A stretch of 61,291 nucleotides of DNA from positions 1-61,291 of the forward strand of contig JAQBRA010000003.1 in assembly GCA_028286685.1 (NCBI GenBank), given 5' to 3'. Below, in pieces: positions 6,625 through 15,944 of the stretch (the stretch's first letter is position 1; the number at the start of each line of letters is the position of its first letter). Under the pieces are notes generated by a model, which saw only the letters and a list, made by a program, of their open reading frames with translations, was not told the origin of the DNA and searched no databases. A program made the translations under genes and the position numbers. This DNA comes from Candidatus Adlerbacteria bacterium. Lineage in GTDB: Bacteria > Patescibacteriota > Minisyncoccia > Phycocordibacterales > SBAW01.

Positions 6625-9600
6625 ATGCTTTGGCTCTGGAACTTCTTTTTAGAACGCCGCCAGCTCAGCTACGTACTTATCGTGGTGCTGCTTGTCGCGG
6701 GTGCCTACGCGGTCATCCGCATCCCTAAGGAAAATACGCCGCAGATCGACCTGGCAATAGCGGTAGTAACCGCGTCCTTGCCGGGCGCCTCGGCCGAGGA
6801 CATGGAGTCCCTGGTTACCAATAAATTAGAGGCTCAGATTTCCGGCGTCTCCAACATCGACACGCTTACTTCAAGTTCCGGCGACGGCATGTCCGTCATT
6901 ACGGTGCAGTTTACGGCCCAGGCCGATACCGACCAGTCCATCCAGGACCTGCGCGACGCGGTATCGCGCGCCCGCGCCAACCTGCCGGGCGATGTCGAAT
7001 CCCCGCAGGTAACCAAAATCAACTTTTCAGACCAGCCTATTATCGCCGTATCCATTTCCGGCGAGCGCACGCCTCTGGAGTTCTCCCGGCTCGGGACCGA
7101 CCTCCAAGACCAGCTCCTTAACATTTCCGGCGTCTCGCAGGTGCAGATCTCGGGTGTCCCCGAGCGCGAGGTCTCCGTCATTGTCCGCAAGGAGGCGCTC
7201 GAGCAGTACGGCTTGCGCGTTACCGACGTCATCCAGGCAATTTCTTCCGCTAATGCCGCGCTGCCTGCCGGCCGCATTTCCATGGACGGCGTCAGCTACA
7301 ACGTCAACTTCAAGGGCGGCATCACCGATCCCAGCCAGCTCCAAGATATCGCCATTTCCTCGACCGAAGGCGTCCCGGTATACCTGCGCGACATCGCCGA
7401 CATCCAAGACGGCCTCGCGGCCGCCACCACTTACTCGCGTGTCTCCCTGCACGGCGAGCCCAGCCGCGACGGCATCACGCTCCTTATTTACAAGCAGTCC
7501 TCGGCCGGCATCCAAGACACCGCCGAGCGCGTGGGCGGGTATCTCAAAGAATTACAAAGCACCACGCTCTCGGGCCTCGACGTGTTTGTCCCGCCTTCGA
7601 CCGACCAGGGCGTCCAGGTTAAAGAGCAGTTGGGTGACCTGACGGAAACGGGCCTCATTACCGTAGTCCTCGTCATCCTGGTGCTCTTGGTTACCATCGG
7701 CTGGCGCGAGTCGGTCGTCGCGGGCTTGGCTATACCGCTGTCGTTCCTCATCGCGTTTATCGGCCTCTACTTTACGGGCAACACGCTTAACTTCATCAGC
7801 CTCTTTGCGCTCATCTTGGCCGTGGGCATATTGGTCGACTCCGGCATCGTCGTAACCGAGGCTATCCATGCCCGCCTCAAGCACTACCCGACGCCGGTGC
7901 TTGCCGCCAAGGCGGCGCTCCACGACTACGCCTGGCCGCTCATCGCGGGCACCATGGCCACGGTCGCCGTGTTCGCGCCGCTTTTCTTCCTGACCGGCAT
8001 CATCGGTAAGTTCATCTCGGGCATCCCGTACACGCTCATTTTCGTGCTCATTGCCTCTATTTTCGTAGCGCTCGGCATCGTGCCCCTTATCGCAGTCCTC
8101 TTTACCAAGGGCGCTCCCAATCGGATGGAGCAAAAGCAGGAGGAGTACACCGCGGCGGTTACCAGCTGGTACACAAAGAAGCTGCGCGTGATACTCGAGC
8201 ATCGCCGCTACCAGAATATTTTCCTGACTGGGCTCTTTATCGCGATGATAGGCGCCTTTATGCTGCCGGTATTCGGGCTTGTGGGTGCCACCTTCTTCCC
8301 GAGCGGGGACACCGACTACGTCTATCTCAACCTGCAGAAGCCGCAGGGCACCGTCTTGGAGCAAACCGATCTTACTGTGCGCGAAGTCGAGGAAATCCTC
8401 TATAGCGACGAGGACGTTGACTCGTTCCAGACGACCGTGGGCGCCAGCTCCGCGCTCACGGGCGCGGGGACTTCCGGCTCCAACCAGGCCAACATCACCA
8501 TCAACCTCCACGAGGATCGCAAAAAGACCAGCGCTCAAATCGGGACCGAGCTCCAAGCCGCGCTGGCGGGAGTAAAGGGCGCCGATATCCAGGTACTGCA
8601 GGCCTCCGACGGCCCTCCTTCCGGCGCGCCTATCTTTATAGAATTCATAGGCGACGACCTGGGCGCACTCATAACCGCAGCCGACCGCGGCAAGCAGCTC
8701 CTCTCGTCCATGCCGAATGTGACTAATATTACCGCCACGACCCAGGCCAACGGCACCGAGTTTAACCTAGCAATTGATCGCGCCAAGGCCGCCTCCTTGG
8801 GGCTCAACACCAGCCTGGTGGGGCAGACCCTGCGCGCCGCTATCAACGGCACCAAGGCCACGAGCATCACGCAGAACAAGGAAAATATCGACGTGGTGGT
8901 AAAGCTCAACCTCAATCCGGCCTACACCGGCCCGGGCGACACCGCGCAAACCACTATCGACAGCATCAAGAACCTCGCAGTTGAGGGTGCGTCGGGCAAC
9001 ACGGTGCTGCTCGGCTCGGTGCTCAAGGATACGCTGGGCCTCAGCTCTGCCGCGATCGCGCATAAGGAAAAGAACCGCATCCAGACCGTATCCGCATATC
9101 CCGACGCCAGCACCAACGCGGCGGCCGTGGTCGCCGAGTTCCAAAAGAGGGAAGGGGAACTTAATCTGCAAGAGGGTGTCAGGGTTTCCTACGGCGGCGA
9201 GGCCGAGAGCATCAACGAGTCGTTTACGCAGATGTTCGTGGCGCTCCTCGCCGGCCTCGTCCTGATGTTCCTCATCCTCGTCATCTCCTTCAATTCCATC
9301 CGCTACACGTTCTACCTGCTCTACATCGTGCCACTCTCTCTCATCGGCGTTCTTGGCGGCTTGGCCCTCACGGGGCAGTCGCTGTCGTTTACCTCGCTCT
9401 TGGGCATCATCGGACTTGGCGGCGTCATCATCAACCATGCCATCATTCTCATGGATTCGCTGATCCACAACATGCACGCAAGCCCCGACAAGCCGATGAT
9501 CGACGTGGTCTTGGAGTCCGCGGAGAAGCGCTTCCGCCCCATCTTGCTTACGACTATTGCGACCGCCATCGGCATGATCCCGCTCGCGCTCTCCAATCCC

Positions 9601-9714
9601 ACCTGGGGCCCCTTCGCCTTTACCGTCATGTTCGGCCTTATCTTCGCTATCTGTCTGACCCTGGTAGTAGTCCCGGTCCTCTTCTTCCGCGCACCGCATC
9701 ACAAGTCTCAATAA
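6625..9714 (+). CDS. RND efflux transporter, AcrB/AcrD/AcrF (HAE1-like) family
   Basis: 1029 aa with a 12-TM/two-large-loop layout. Typical blocks include IPKENTPQIDL, ALILAVGILVDSGIVVTEAI and GLGGVIINHAIILMD. Confidence 0.92.
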   Translation: MLWLWNFFLERRQLSYVLIVVLLVAGAYAVIRIPKENTPQIDLAIAVVTASLPGASAEDMESLVTNKLEAQISGVSNIDTLTSSSGDGMSVITVQFTAQADTDQSIQDLRDAVSRARANLPGDVESPQVTKINFSDQPIIAVSISGERTPLEFSRLGTDLQDQLLNISGVSQVQISGVPEREVSVIVRKEALEQYGLRVTDVIQAISSANAALPAGRISMDGVSYNVNFKGGITDPSQLQDIAISSTEGVPVYLRDIADIQDGLAAATTYSRVSLHGEPSRDGITLLIYKQSSAGIQDTAERVGGYLKELQSTTLSGLDVFVPPSTDQGVQVKEQLGDLTETGLITVVLVILVLLVTIGWRESVVAGLAIPLSFLIAFIGLYFTGNTLNFISLFALILAVGILVDSGIVVTEAIHARLKHYPTPVLAAKAALHDYAWPLIAGTMATVAVFAPLFFLTGIIGKFISGIPYTLIFVLIASIFVALGIVPLIAVLFTKGAPNRMEQKQEEYTAAVTSWYTKKLRVILEHRRYQNIFLTGLFIAMIGAFMLPVFGLVGATFFPSGDTDYVYLNLQKPQGTVLEQTDLTVREVEEILYSDEDVDSFQTTVGASSALTGAGTSGSNQANITINLHEDRKKTSAQIGTELQAALAGVKGADIQVLQASDGPPSGAPIFIEFIGDDLGALITAADRGKQLLSSMPNVTNITATTQANGTEFNLAIDRAKAASLGLNTSLVGQTLRAAINGTKATSITQNKENIDVVVKLNLNPAYTGPGDTAQTTIDSIKNLAVEGASGNTVLLGSVLKDTLGLSSAAIAHKEKNRIQTVSAYPDASTNAAAVVAEFQKREGELNLQEGVRVSYGGEAESINESFTQMFVALLAGLVLMFLILVISFNSIRYTFYLLYIVPLSLIGVLGGLALTGQSLSFTSLLGIIGLGGVIINHAIILMDSLIHNMHASPDKPMIDVVLESAEKRFRPILLTTIATAIGMIPLALSNPTWGPFAFTVMFGLIFAICLTLVVVPVLFFRAPHHKSQ

Positions 9715-9724
9715 GGCGCATCTC

Positions 9725-10468
9725 ATGGCAGCTAAAAAACCCCAAAAACTCTATATATACGGCAAGCACTCGGTTGCCGAGGCCTTGCGGCACGCGCCGC
9801 GGTCCATACGCGCGCTCTATCTGGAGGAGCCGGGGGACAAAACGTTGTACGACTTGGCAAGCAAAGCCGGCATCCAGGTGGTACCTCTGGATCTCCGCCG
9901 CGTTACTTCAATGGTCGAGGGCACGGTCGCGCACCAAGGAGCCGTGGCGCTCGTCGGGGCGACCGAGCTCTTGGTGGATGCCGAGCGGTTTGTGGAATCA
10001 TTTAATCCGAAAGAGGGGAGTGTCCTGGTGTTTTTAAGCGAGGTGCAAGACCCGCACAATGTCGGCGCCATTATCCGTTCGGCCGCAGCCTTTGGTGCCG
10101 CAGCTGTGCTCTTGCCCATGCACAAGCAATCGCCTATAACCCCTGCGGTCATACGATCCTCGGCGGGTATGGCCTTTCAAATCCCGCTTGTGGGTGTGCC
10201 CAACCCGCAGCAGACCATTGCCGCTCTCAAAAAGAAGGGGGTCCGCGTGCTGGGGCTTGCAGCCGACGGCGCCGTGCCGCTGGCACAAGAGCCGTTTAAG
10301 GCGCCCACCATGCTCATTTTGGGCAACGAGGCCGAAGGCGTTGCGCCCTACGCCCGCGCGCTGTGCGATGCCATGCTTTCCATAGACATCGAACCCAAGG
10401 CCGAATCCCTCAATGTGGCGGCAAGCGCCGCGGTCGCCTTGTACGCCGCTCGCACCCGCAGGGCGTAG
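9725..10468 (+). CDS. rlmB: TrmH/SpoU-family RNA 2'-O-methyltransferase, group 3 (RlmB-like)
   Basis: N-terminal SpoU substrate-binding region (YGKHSVAEAL). SpoU motifs DPHNVGAIIRSAAAFG, LILGNEAEGV and ESLNVAASAAVALY. Confidence 0.8.
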   Translation: MAAKKPQKLYIYGKHSVAEALRHAPRSIRALYLEEPGDKTLYDLASKAGIQVVPLDLRRVTSMVEGTVAHQGAVALVGATELLVDAERFVESFNPKEGSVLVFLSEVQDPHNVGAIIRSAAAFGAAAVLLPMHKQSPITPAVIRSSAGMAFQIPLVGVPNPQQTIAALKKKGVRVLGLAADGAVPLAQEPFKAPTMLILGNEAEGVAPYARALCDAMLSIDIEPKAESLNVAASAAVALYAARTRRA

Positions 10469-10495
10469 CCTGCCGTCCCATACCCCCGACAACTT

Positions 10496-10912
10496 ATGGA
10501 AGTTAAGTCATTTACCTTAAACGAGACCCATCGAGCAGATTTTGAGTTTCTTCTTGCTGAGCTTTCCGGAAAAAAACGGGCATTGAATCTGGACGCACAC
10601 CCGAACGTGCATTGCGTAGGCGCTTTTGACGGAGAGAAGCTGGTCGGATTCGCGCAGCTTTTTGTTCTCCCTAAAACAACTTTTACCATGAGTCATCTTG
10701 AAGATGTCATAGTCCATCCCGAATATCGCAACCAGGGTATAGGGAAGCGGCTGGTTGAAGAGGCAATATCTTTAGCGAAACAGAAGGGCGTAAGCGTAGT
10801 CAATCTTACGACGAGGGAAGAGCGAAAAGACGCCGTAGCCTTGTTTGAGTACTTTGGTTTTGCCCGTCCAGGCAATATGACCCTCAGGCTTGTGCTTGAG
10901 CCGGAGGCCTAA
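10496..10912 (+). CDS. GNAT-family N-acetyltransferase
   Basis: Acetyl-CoA binding motif VHPEYRNQGIGKRLVEEAISLAKQKG; 138 aa. Confidence 0.8.
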   Translation: MEVKSFTLNETHRADFEFLLAELSGKKRALNLDAHPNVHCVGAFDGEKLVGFAQLFVLPKTTFTMSHLEDVIVHPEYRNQGIGKRLVEEAISLAKQKGVSVVNLTTREERKDAVALFEYFGFARPGNMTLRLVLEPEA

Positions 10913-10970
10913 GTAAGAGGAAATGGTACCAGATATCATTTTTCCAAAATCGCCGCTTCGATCTATAAGA

Positions 10971-10995
10971 CCCAGGGCGCGCGGCGCGCCCTGGG
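10971..10995. other. GC-rich perfect palindrome (12+1+12 nt)
   Basis: CCCAGGGCGCGC-G-GCGCGCCCTGGG lies between the GNAT gene and the next ORF. There is no flanking T-tract, so it is not a classical terminator. Confidence 0.5.
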
Positions 10996-11015
10996 AAGTG
11001 TCCTATACTATATCT

Positions 11016-11402
11016 ATGCAAATTTTAAAAAGCGTGGGCGCGGTGCTAGCGGGGTTTATTACAGTGGTAGTTTTATCAGTGGCCACGGATTTCCTGCTCG
11101 AGTCCATGGGAGTTTTCCCGCCCGTTTCCTCGGAAGGGCTTTTCGTTGCTTGGATGCTCGCCGTAGCGCTTTTGTACCGTATCGCATACACCATTTTGGG
11201 TGGGTACGTAACGGCCAAGCTTGCCCCGGCAAATCCGATGAAGCACGTATGGATACTTGCAGGGATGGGTTTGGTCGGCGGGGTACTGGGCGTCGTAGCG
11301 GGGTGGAATTTGTCGCCGCATTGGTATCCGATCGCAATAGCCGTTACGGCGGTCCCTTGCACGTGGCTCGGCGGATGGCTGAGGACTAGGCATTTGGCGT
11401 AA
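11016..11402 (+). CDS. Hypothetical integral membrane protein (~4 TM)
   Basis: Internal ATG 11016 of ORF 10923..11402, downstream of the palindrome. Hydrophobic helices run throughout. Confidence 0.55.
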   Translation: MQILKSVGAVLAGFITVVVLSVATDFLLESMGVFPPVSSEGLFVAWMLAVALLYRIAYTILGGYVTAKLAPANPMKHVWILAGMGLVGGVLGVVAGWNLSPHWYPIAIAVTAVPCTWLGGWLRTRHLA

Positions 11403-11426
11403 TAGTCCCACCGCCGTGCCGTTTCC

Positions 11427-11723
11427 ATGCGGACAGTTGCCGTATTTGCTACACTAATAACCATGAGATCAAAACTTGGAATGGCGTTCGCGGGCCTGTA
11501 TCTTGCCGCTGCAGCGTACCTTGTCATAACCCAGGGCCTTTTCGGCGAAAGCTTCATCGCGCTCATTCTCGGCATGCCGTGGACCTTGGCGCTTTCGTAC
11601 TTCGAGTTCGGCGGCGCCTCCGGCGCGCTCATGTACGCGCTTATCCTGGCACCCCTAGCACTCAATGCGGCCCTGTTGTACTGGATAGGCTCGCTCATTG
11701 GCCGCTTTGCCTCCCGCTCTTAA
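11427..11723 (+). CDS. Hypothetical small membrane protein
   Basis: 98-aa ORF with 3 hydrophobic segments. An alternative start exists at ATG 11463. Confidence 0.4.
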   Translation: MRTVAVFATLITMRSKLGMAFAGLYLAAAAYLVITQGLFGESFIALILGMPWTLALSYFEFGGASGALMYALILAPLALNAALLYWIGSLIGRFASRS

Positions 11724-11788
11724 GGCCCTTTCTTTTGCTACAATAAAGCAAGCGGGGCAGGGGTTTACTAATTTATCTAAACAAATAT

Positions 11789-12202
11789 ATGAGCTGGTGG
11801 AACATGGGCGGACTCAATCCGAAATTCAAGGACTTCGCAGACAAGCATCCCGACGCAACCGTGCTGGGCATGAGCTGGGCTTTGTACTGGCGCTTCGGCC
11901 TTTTGGTCCTCGCCATCGAGGCGGTGTTCTTCGGCCTCCTCTTTATTGCGGGCGCAACTTTCGGCGACTTCGGCGATCATCACCGTAAAGATATGCACAG
12001 GACGTACGGCGAGAGTATGGGTATGCCGATAGGGGGCAAGCTCAATATCGACGAGGTCTGCAACAGCGCCTTGGCGTACATGACCTTCCCCGACGCATCG
12101 AGCACCGAGGTGTTCCTGTCCGACTGCAAAGCAGGCGGGCACCCCGAGGTAGTCGAGCGCTACAAGGCCGACATGAACCTCGGCGACGGCGCCGCGATTT
12201 AG
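11789..12202 (+). CDS. Hypothetical membrane-anchored protein
   Basis: 137-aa ORF with one long hydrophobic segment (WALYWRFGLLVLAIEAVFFGLLFIAGATF). An intrinsic terminator follows at 12227-12257, which favours this strand over the antisense ORF 11777..12337. Confidence 0.45.
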   Translation: MSWWNMGGLNPKFKDFADKHPDATVLGMSWALYWRFGLLVLAIEAVFFGLLFIAGATFGDFGDHHRKDMHRTYGESMGMPIGGKLNIDEVCNSALAYMTFPDASSTEVFLSDCKAGGHPEVVERYKADMNLGDGAAI

Positions 12203-12226
12203 TCCCGCATAGCAGTTTTCCGAAAA

Positions 12227-12257
12227 GGCCGCCGCATTTATGGCGGCCTTTTCTTTT
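12227..12257 (+). terminator. Intrinsic terminator
   Basis: GGCCGCC-GCATTTAT-GGCGGCC is followed by TTTTCTTTT. Confidence 0.75.
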
Positions 12258-12322
12258 GCCCGCAAGGGTTGTAGGTTTTGTAGTAGAGAGCCGCAAGCCG
12301 GTGCAACCAAAAGGAGGTGTGC

Positions 12323-12829
12323 GTGGCCGATATCCATGATTTGGGCCGAGAGCGGGATCGCAAGGAGGTGGCAAAGCTCACCCAGGACGCAGCGGGTTTC
12401 CAGGGCTTTAAGATCGATCTCGTTACGTGCGGCGTATCCGTCACGTTCACCGGATACGTATTGAGCAGGGAAGACTCAAAAAAGTCTCAGCTCCGAGTCA
12501 TCGTATACGACACCTCGGGCCCGAGCGTCCGGCCCCTGGGGGCTGTCCACATGGAGCAGGAGCAGTGGGCCAAATTCGTCCAGCATGGCAACAGGCTTCT
12601 TGAGCCGCATGCCGTGCCGCCGCCCGAGTTTCCCAAATACCTGGTCCAGGTGGATGGGGAAGACTGGTACCTGGCCCTGCACGAAATTGTCCTGCGGTGC
12701 AGGGGCAAGGGGCCCAACGCCCAGTTGGTCGGAATGATACTCGATGCTACCTTCAAGACCCGTGAGATGAGCCCGGAGGAAAAGAAGAAAGTCTCCCTGG
12801 TCTTTAACGCCATGAGGAAATTAAAATAG
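12323..12829 (+). CDS. Hypothetical cytoplasmic protein
   Basis: GTG 12323 is preceded by AAGGAGG (12311-12317, 5-nt spacing). No TM segment and no family I recognise. A hairpin follows the stop. Confidence 0.5.
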   Translation: MADIHDLGRERDRKEVAKLTQDAAGFQGFKIDLVTCGVSVTFTGYVLSREDSKKSQLRVIVYDTSGPSVRPLGAVHMEQEQWAKFVQHGNRLLEPHAVPPPEFPKYLVQVDGEDWYLALHEIVLRCRGKGPNAQLVGMILDATFKTREMSPEEKKKVSLVFNAMRKLK

Positions 12830-12971
12830 ACCCAAGCCGGACCCACCTAGGGCCCGGCTTTTCTTATCCGGAGGCTGTTGCTTGACAATTGACAAAATAT
12901 GGGTTAGGTTGCCATATCCAACAGTCGCGCTTCAGCGAGGCTTCAGGGATGAAGCGTTAACCTCAATCTAT

Positions 12972-13625
12972 ATGCAAACCGCCATCCACATAGCTAAAAC
13001 CATTGCCCAGGGCATCCGCCGCGATATTCGCGTGCGCTGGGGCCTGGGAGCCGGCGCGTCGGTGCTCCTTTCGGCCGGGGTATTGGGCATGGGCGGCTCG
13101 CTCACGCCGGGGTTCTTGATGGCTTCCACTACTTCTCAGGTAGCGGAGGTCGCCCCGCTTTCTCCGGCTCCCCAAGCTCCTATAATTTTTCCCGTACAGG
13201 ATAAGGACGAGGGCTTTCTGGTAGACCGCTCCACCTCGACCGTAGCCGAGATCATCGGGTCTTTGCCCAAGGCTTCCCGCTACGAGCTTCTGGCCTACAA
13301 TAGCGGACTGAGCGATACGCTCAAGCAGGCGGGCACCGTTACCGTCTTCGTCCCGGCATCCGCACAATTTGACTACCTGCCGCGCGGCTACGTTTCCAAG
13401 CTCACTCGCCCCGAGGCCCGCCAGCTGGCGCTCGCGCACATCGTCGAGCGCGCCCTTCCTCTTGAGGAGTCGCTCAGCGGCAGTGTCTACACCGCCGGCA
13501 ACACGATCGTTAATTTCAATGTCGAAGGGGAGAACAGGGCGACCATTGGCGACGCCCGGATCCTCAAGGCCTACAAGGCAAAGAACGGCTACGTCTACAT
13601 CATCGACCGGGTACTGGTTCCCTAG
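12972..13625 (+). CDS. Fasciclin (FAS1) domain protein, membrane-anchored/secreted
   Basis: The C-terminal ~130 aa match the FAS1 pattern (TVFVPASAQFDYL...ALAHIV...NGYVYIIDRVLVP). N-terminal hydrophobic anchor. The start is chosen at ATG 12972. Confidence 0.75.
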   Translation: MQTAIHIAKTIAQGIRRDIRVRWGLGAGASVLLSAGVLGMGGSLTPGFLMASTTSQVAEVAPLSPAPQAPIIFPVQDKDEGFLVDRSTSTVAEIIGSLPKASRYELLAYNSGLSDTLKQAGTVTVFVPASAQFDYLPRGYVSKLTRPEARQLALAHIVERALPLEESLSGSVYTAGNTIVNFNVEGENRATIGDARILKAYKAKNGYVYIIDRVLVP

Positions 13626-13720
13626 TTCGGTCTCTTCTGTGCGCCAAACACCGCTTATTGACTTAGGTGGTGTTTTCTGTTATAGAATATACGGACTAGC
13701 ACCATAACTCGGGGATAATA

Positions 13721-14317
13721 ATGCTTCGCTTGATCATATTGGCCACTCTCTTTGGTTGCGTTTCAGCCGCTTCGGCGCAAGAAGTTCTGGTACAGTCGCC
13801 GCCGCAGTACGCGGGCAGCGAATTCTATAAAGAAGGAAGGCTAAAGACGCTCGACGGCCAAATCAAAAAGCTTCGCCAGTGGGTCGAAAAGAAGGACGGC
13901 CAGACCTTCGTGGTCATGGATGTGCTCGGGGAAAACGACAAAGTATTCATACGGTCGGTCCTTAATGCCGATACGCTGCTCGGCAGGGCCAAGCAGATGA
14001 TTACCCGCGAGGTCATTACTATTCGGGGCGGCGACTGCTCGGTGGCAACGCTGTACCCGATAGTGCTCAACAAGCACTACGGCTGCACGGCCCAGATGGA
14101 AGTCCGGATGGAAACAGAAGCAGAGGGGGACCAGTTCGAAGGGAAAAGGTCGCTCGTGTACAACCGGCTTAAACACGATGCGGAAGGCAAGCGCACTCAT
14201 CTGTGTGCCCGGGTTAAAGAAAGCTATCCTGACCTGGAGGGGGAGGCGGAAATTTGCTACACCCCCGACGGCAAATGGATAAGCGAGATGAATATCCTCA
14301 GCGCCGTTGAAAGGTAG
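13721..14317 (+). CDS. Hypothetical secreted protein
   Basis: Signal-peptide-like N-terminus MLRLIILATLFGCVSAASAQ; 198 aa. Confidence 0.55.
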   Translation: MLRLIILATLFGCVSAASAQEVLVQSPPQYAGSEFYKEGRLKTLDGQIKKLRQWVEKKDGQTFVVMDVLGENDKVFIRSVLNADTLLGRAKQMITREVITIRGGDCSVATLYPIVLNKHYGCTAQMEVRMETEAEGDQFEGKRSLVYNRLKHDAEGKRTHLCARVKESYPDLEGEAEICYTPDGKWISEMNILSAVER

Positions 14318-14350
14318 CAGGATACTCCGCGCAAGCGCGGCAAAACTAAA

Positions 14351-14381
14351 AAGCGAGGCTTCGGCCTCGCTTTTATTTTTT
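14351..14381. terminator. Bidirectional intrinsic terminator between convergent genes
   Basis: AAGCGAGGC-TTCG-GCCTCGCTT is flanked by A-tract and T-tract. Confidence 0.8.
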
Positions 14382-14390
14382 ATAAGTTTT

Positions 14391-15146
14391 TTACTCCTTC
14401 TTAAACCCCTCAAGCGCCTTCAAAAGCTCCATGGGCACCGTAAATACGACGGTGTTGGACTGGTCTGATGAGATATCGTTGATGCTTTGCAGGGTTCGCA
14501 GGTGGAGCGCTCCGGGCGACGCAGAAAGCACCCGTGCCGCCTCGGCCATGTTCTGCGATGCGGCCAGCTCGCCCTCGGAGGTTATGATGACCGCGCGCTT
14601 CTCGCGCTCGGCCTCGGCCTGCTTGGCAATCGTGCGCTCCATATTTTCCGGCAGCGACACGTCCTTCAGCTCCACGTTGTGGACCTTAAGCCCCCAGGCG
14701 GTCGTCTCCTTGTCGACAATCTCCTTAATGCGGTCGGCAATCTTGTCGCGGCTGGCCAAGAGCTCGTCGAGCGTTACTTCGCCCACGATGTTGCGCATGG
14801 TGGTCTGCGCGTACTGAGATATCGCGTACATAAAGTCCTCGATCTGGAGCACCGCCGCCTCGGCGGAGAATACGCTGTAATAGATAACGGCGTTGACGTT
14901 GACCGACACGTTGTCGCGGGTGATCGCCTTCTGGTCGGGAACATCCACGGCCTTCATGCGCATGTCCACCTTCTTGTGGAACTGGATAATGGGCCAGATA
15001 AGCCGCCAGCCAGGCTCCATGATCCCGGTATATTTCCCGAACGTAAACCGCACGCCCCGCTCGTACTGGTTTACCTGCCTGATGCTGATAAGGACGATAA
15101 GCGCCGCGACTGCGAGCACGGTCCACAAAATATACATAGGTTCCAT
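14391..15146 (-). CDS. SPFH/Band-7 (stomatin/slipin-like) membrane protein
   Basis: N-terminal TM followed by an SPFH core (YERGVRFTFGKY..., PDQKAITRDNVSVNVNAVIYY, AEAEREKRAVIITSEGE). The start is set at the internal ATG 15146. Confidence 0.88.
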   Translation of the reverse strand: MEPMYILWTVLAVAALIVLISIRQVNQYERGVRFTFGKYTGIMEPGWRLIWPIIQFHKKVDMRMKAVDVPDQKAITRDNVSVNVNAVIYYSVFSAEAAVLQIEDFMYAISQYAQTTMRNIVGEVTLDELLASRDKIADRIKEIVDKETTAWGLKVHNVELKDVSLPENMERTIAKQAEAEREKRAVIITSEGELAASQNMAEAARVLSASPGALHLRTLQSINDISSDQSNTVVFTVPMELLKALEGFKKE

Positions 15147-15294
15147 ATCGATAAAGCTAGCGGGTAAAGCTAAGGGTAGTATGAAGAAAGTGGGGGAGAT
15201 GCGCATCTCGGAGAAGTTTCCGTATTCTTTACATGTAGCAACTTTTGTTTTATATTCAAGCCAGATTCATCGGTTCCCAATGAAGGAGAAAGCT

Positions 15295-15900
15295 ATGCGG
15301 CTCGTGCAACCGATTGGCATTCCTGTCATGTCCCAAACCCCGCCGTCTCAGAAGGTGGTGCGGTATTACGAAAGCCAGCTTGAAAGGCTGACCGATACAT
15401 TACTAACCGGGCTTACCGGCGCTATGGCGTACTCCAAGCTTAATCAGCTTAAAAGCCTAGTACTCAGTGCGGCAACCAATTGGCCGGTCGCCCGCAACAA
15501 GATGCTGTTCGTTCCGGTCGTTCCGCTGGCATTTTTCGGCCAAAAGACCCTGAGGGTGATGCATCCTGAAGCGCATATGACTATGGGCTTCGAGGATATC
15601 CATACCAGGGTCGAGGTGGGCGCAAGTCCGTATTGGCTGGTCAACTTGCCGGAGGAAAGCATGCTCCGCATTTGGCATCTCAGTCTTGGCTGCTACAAGG
15701 TTACCTCTCATCCGCGGGAGTTTACCGCCGCCGAGCTTGTTGCAATAGCGACGCATAAAATCCATTTGCTTGGGATTGCAGGCATGAAGGCGTATGCCTC
15801 AACCTGCGGTGCCAGCGGACACCCGTGGTTGAGGTGTCATAACGGCGTCCCGCAGCTTACGGCGAACAACGAGCAGGTGGGCGGGTCAGTCCCGTTCTAA
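15295..15900 (+). CDS. Hypothetical protein
   Basis: ATG 15295 is preceded by AAGGAG (15283-15288). The upstream part of ORF 14893..15900 is antisense to the SPFH gene and is rejected. A terminator follows at 15910. Confidence 0.45.
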   Translation: MRLVQPIGIPVMSQTPPSQKVVRYYESQLERLTDTLLTGLTGAMAYSKLNQLKSLVLSAATNWPVARNKMLFVPVVPLAFFGQKTLRVMHPEAHMTMGFEDIHTRVEVGASPYWLVNLPEESMLRIWHLSLGCYKVTSHPREFTAAELVAIATHKIHLLGIAGMKAYASTCGASGHPWLRCHNGVPQLTANNEQVGGSVPF

Positions 15901-15909
15901 AGAAAAGTC

Positions 15910-15937
15910 AAAGGCCCCGCATCTGCGGGGCCTTTTT
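15910..15937. terminator. Bidirectional intrinsic terminator
   Basis: AAAGGCCCCGC-ATCT-GCGGGGCCTTT lies between convergent genes. Confidence 0.85.
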
Positions 15938-15944
15938 GTATAGT

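Noticed and set aside
5350-9726. Long antisense ORFs opposite the MFP and RND genes (5350..6600, 7027..7515, 7552..8556, 8767..9726)
   Set aside because: These are typical shadow ORFs of GC-rich coding DNA. Their translations are Arg/Gly/Ala-rich, and the sense-strand products have clear family motifs.
11003-12337. Minus-strand ORFs 11003..11698 (231 aa) and 11777..12337 (186 aa)
   Set aside because: They are antisense to + strand ORFs that have TM-helix periodicity and a downstream + strand terminator (12227-12257). Their own translations are low-complexity.
14893-15294. N-terminal 134 aa of ORF 14893..15900
   Set aside because: This part is entirely antisense to the SPFH gene. An internal ATG at 15295 with AAGGAG 6 nt upstream gives a cleaner gene that begins in the intergenic region.
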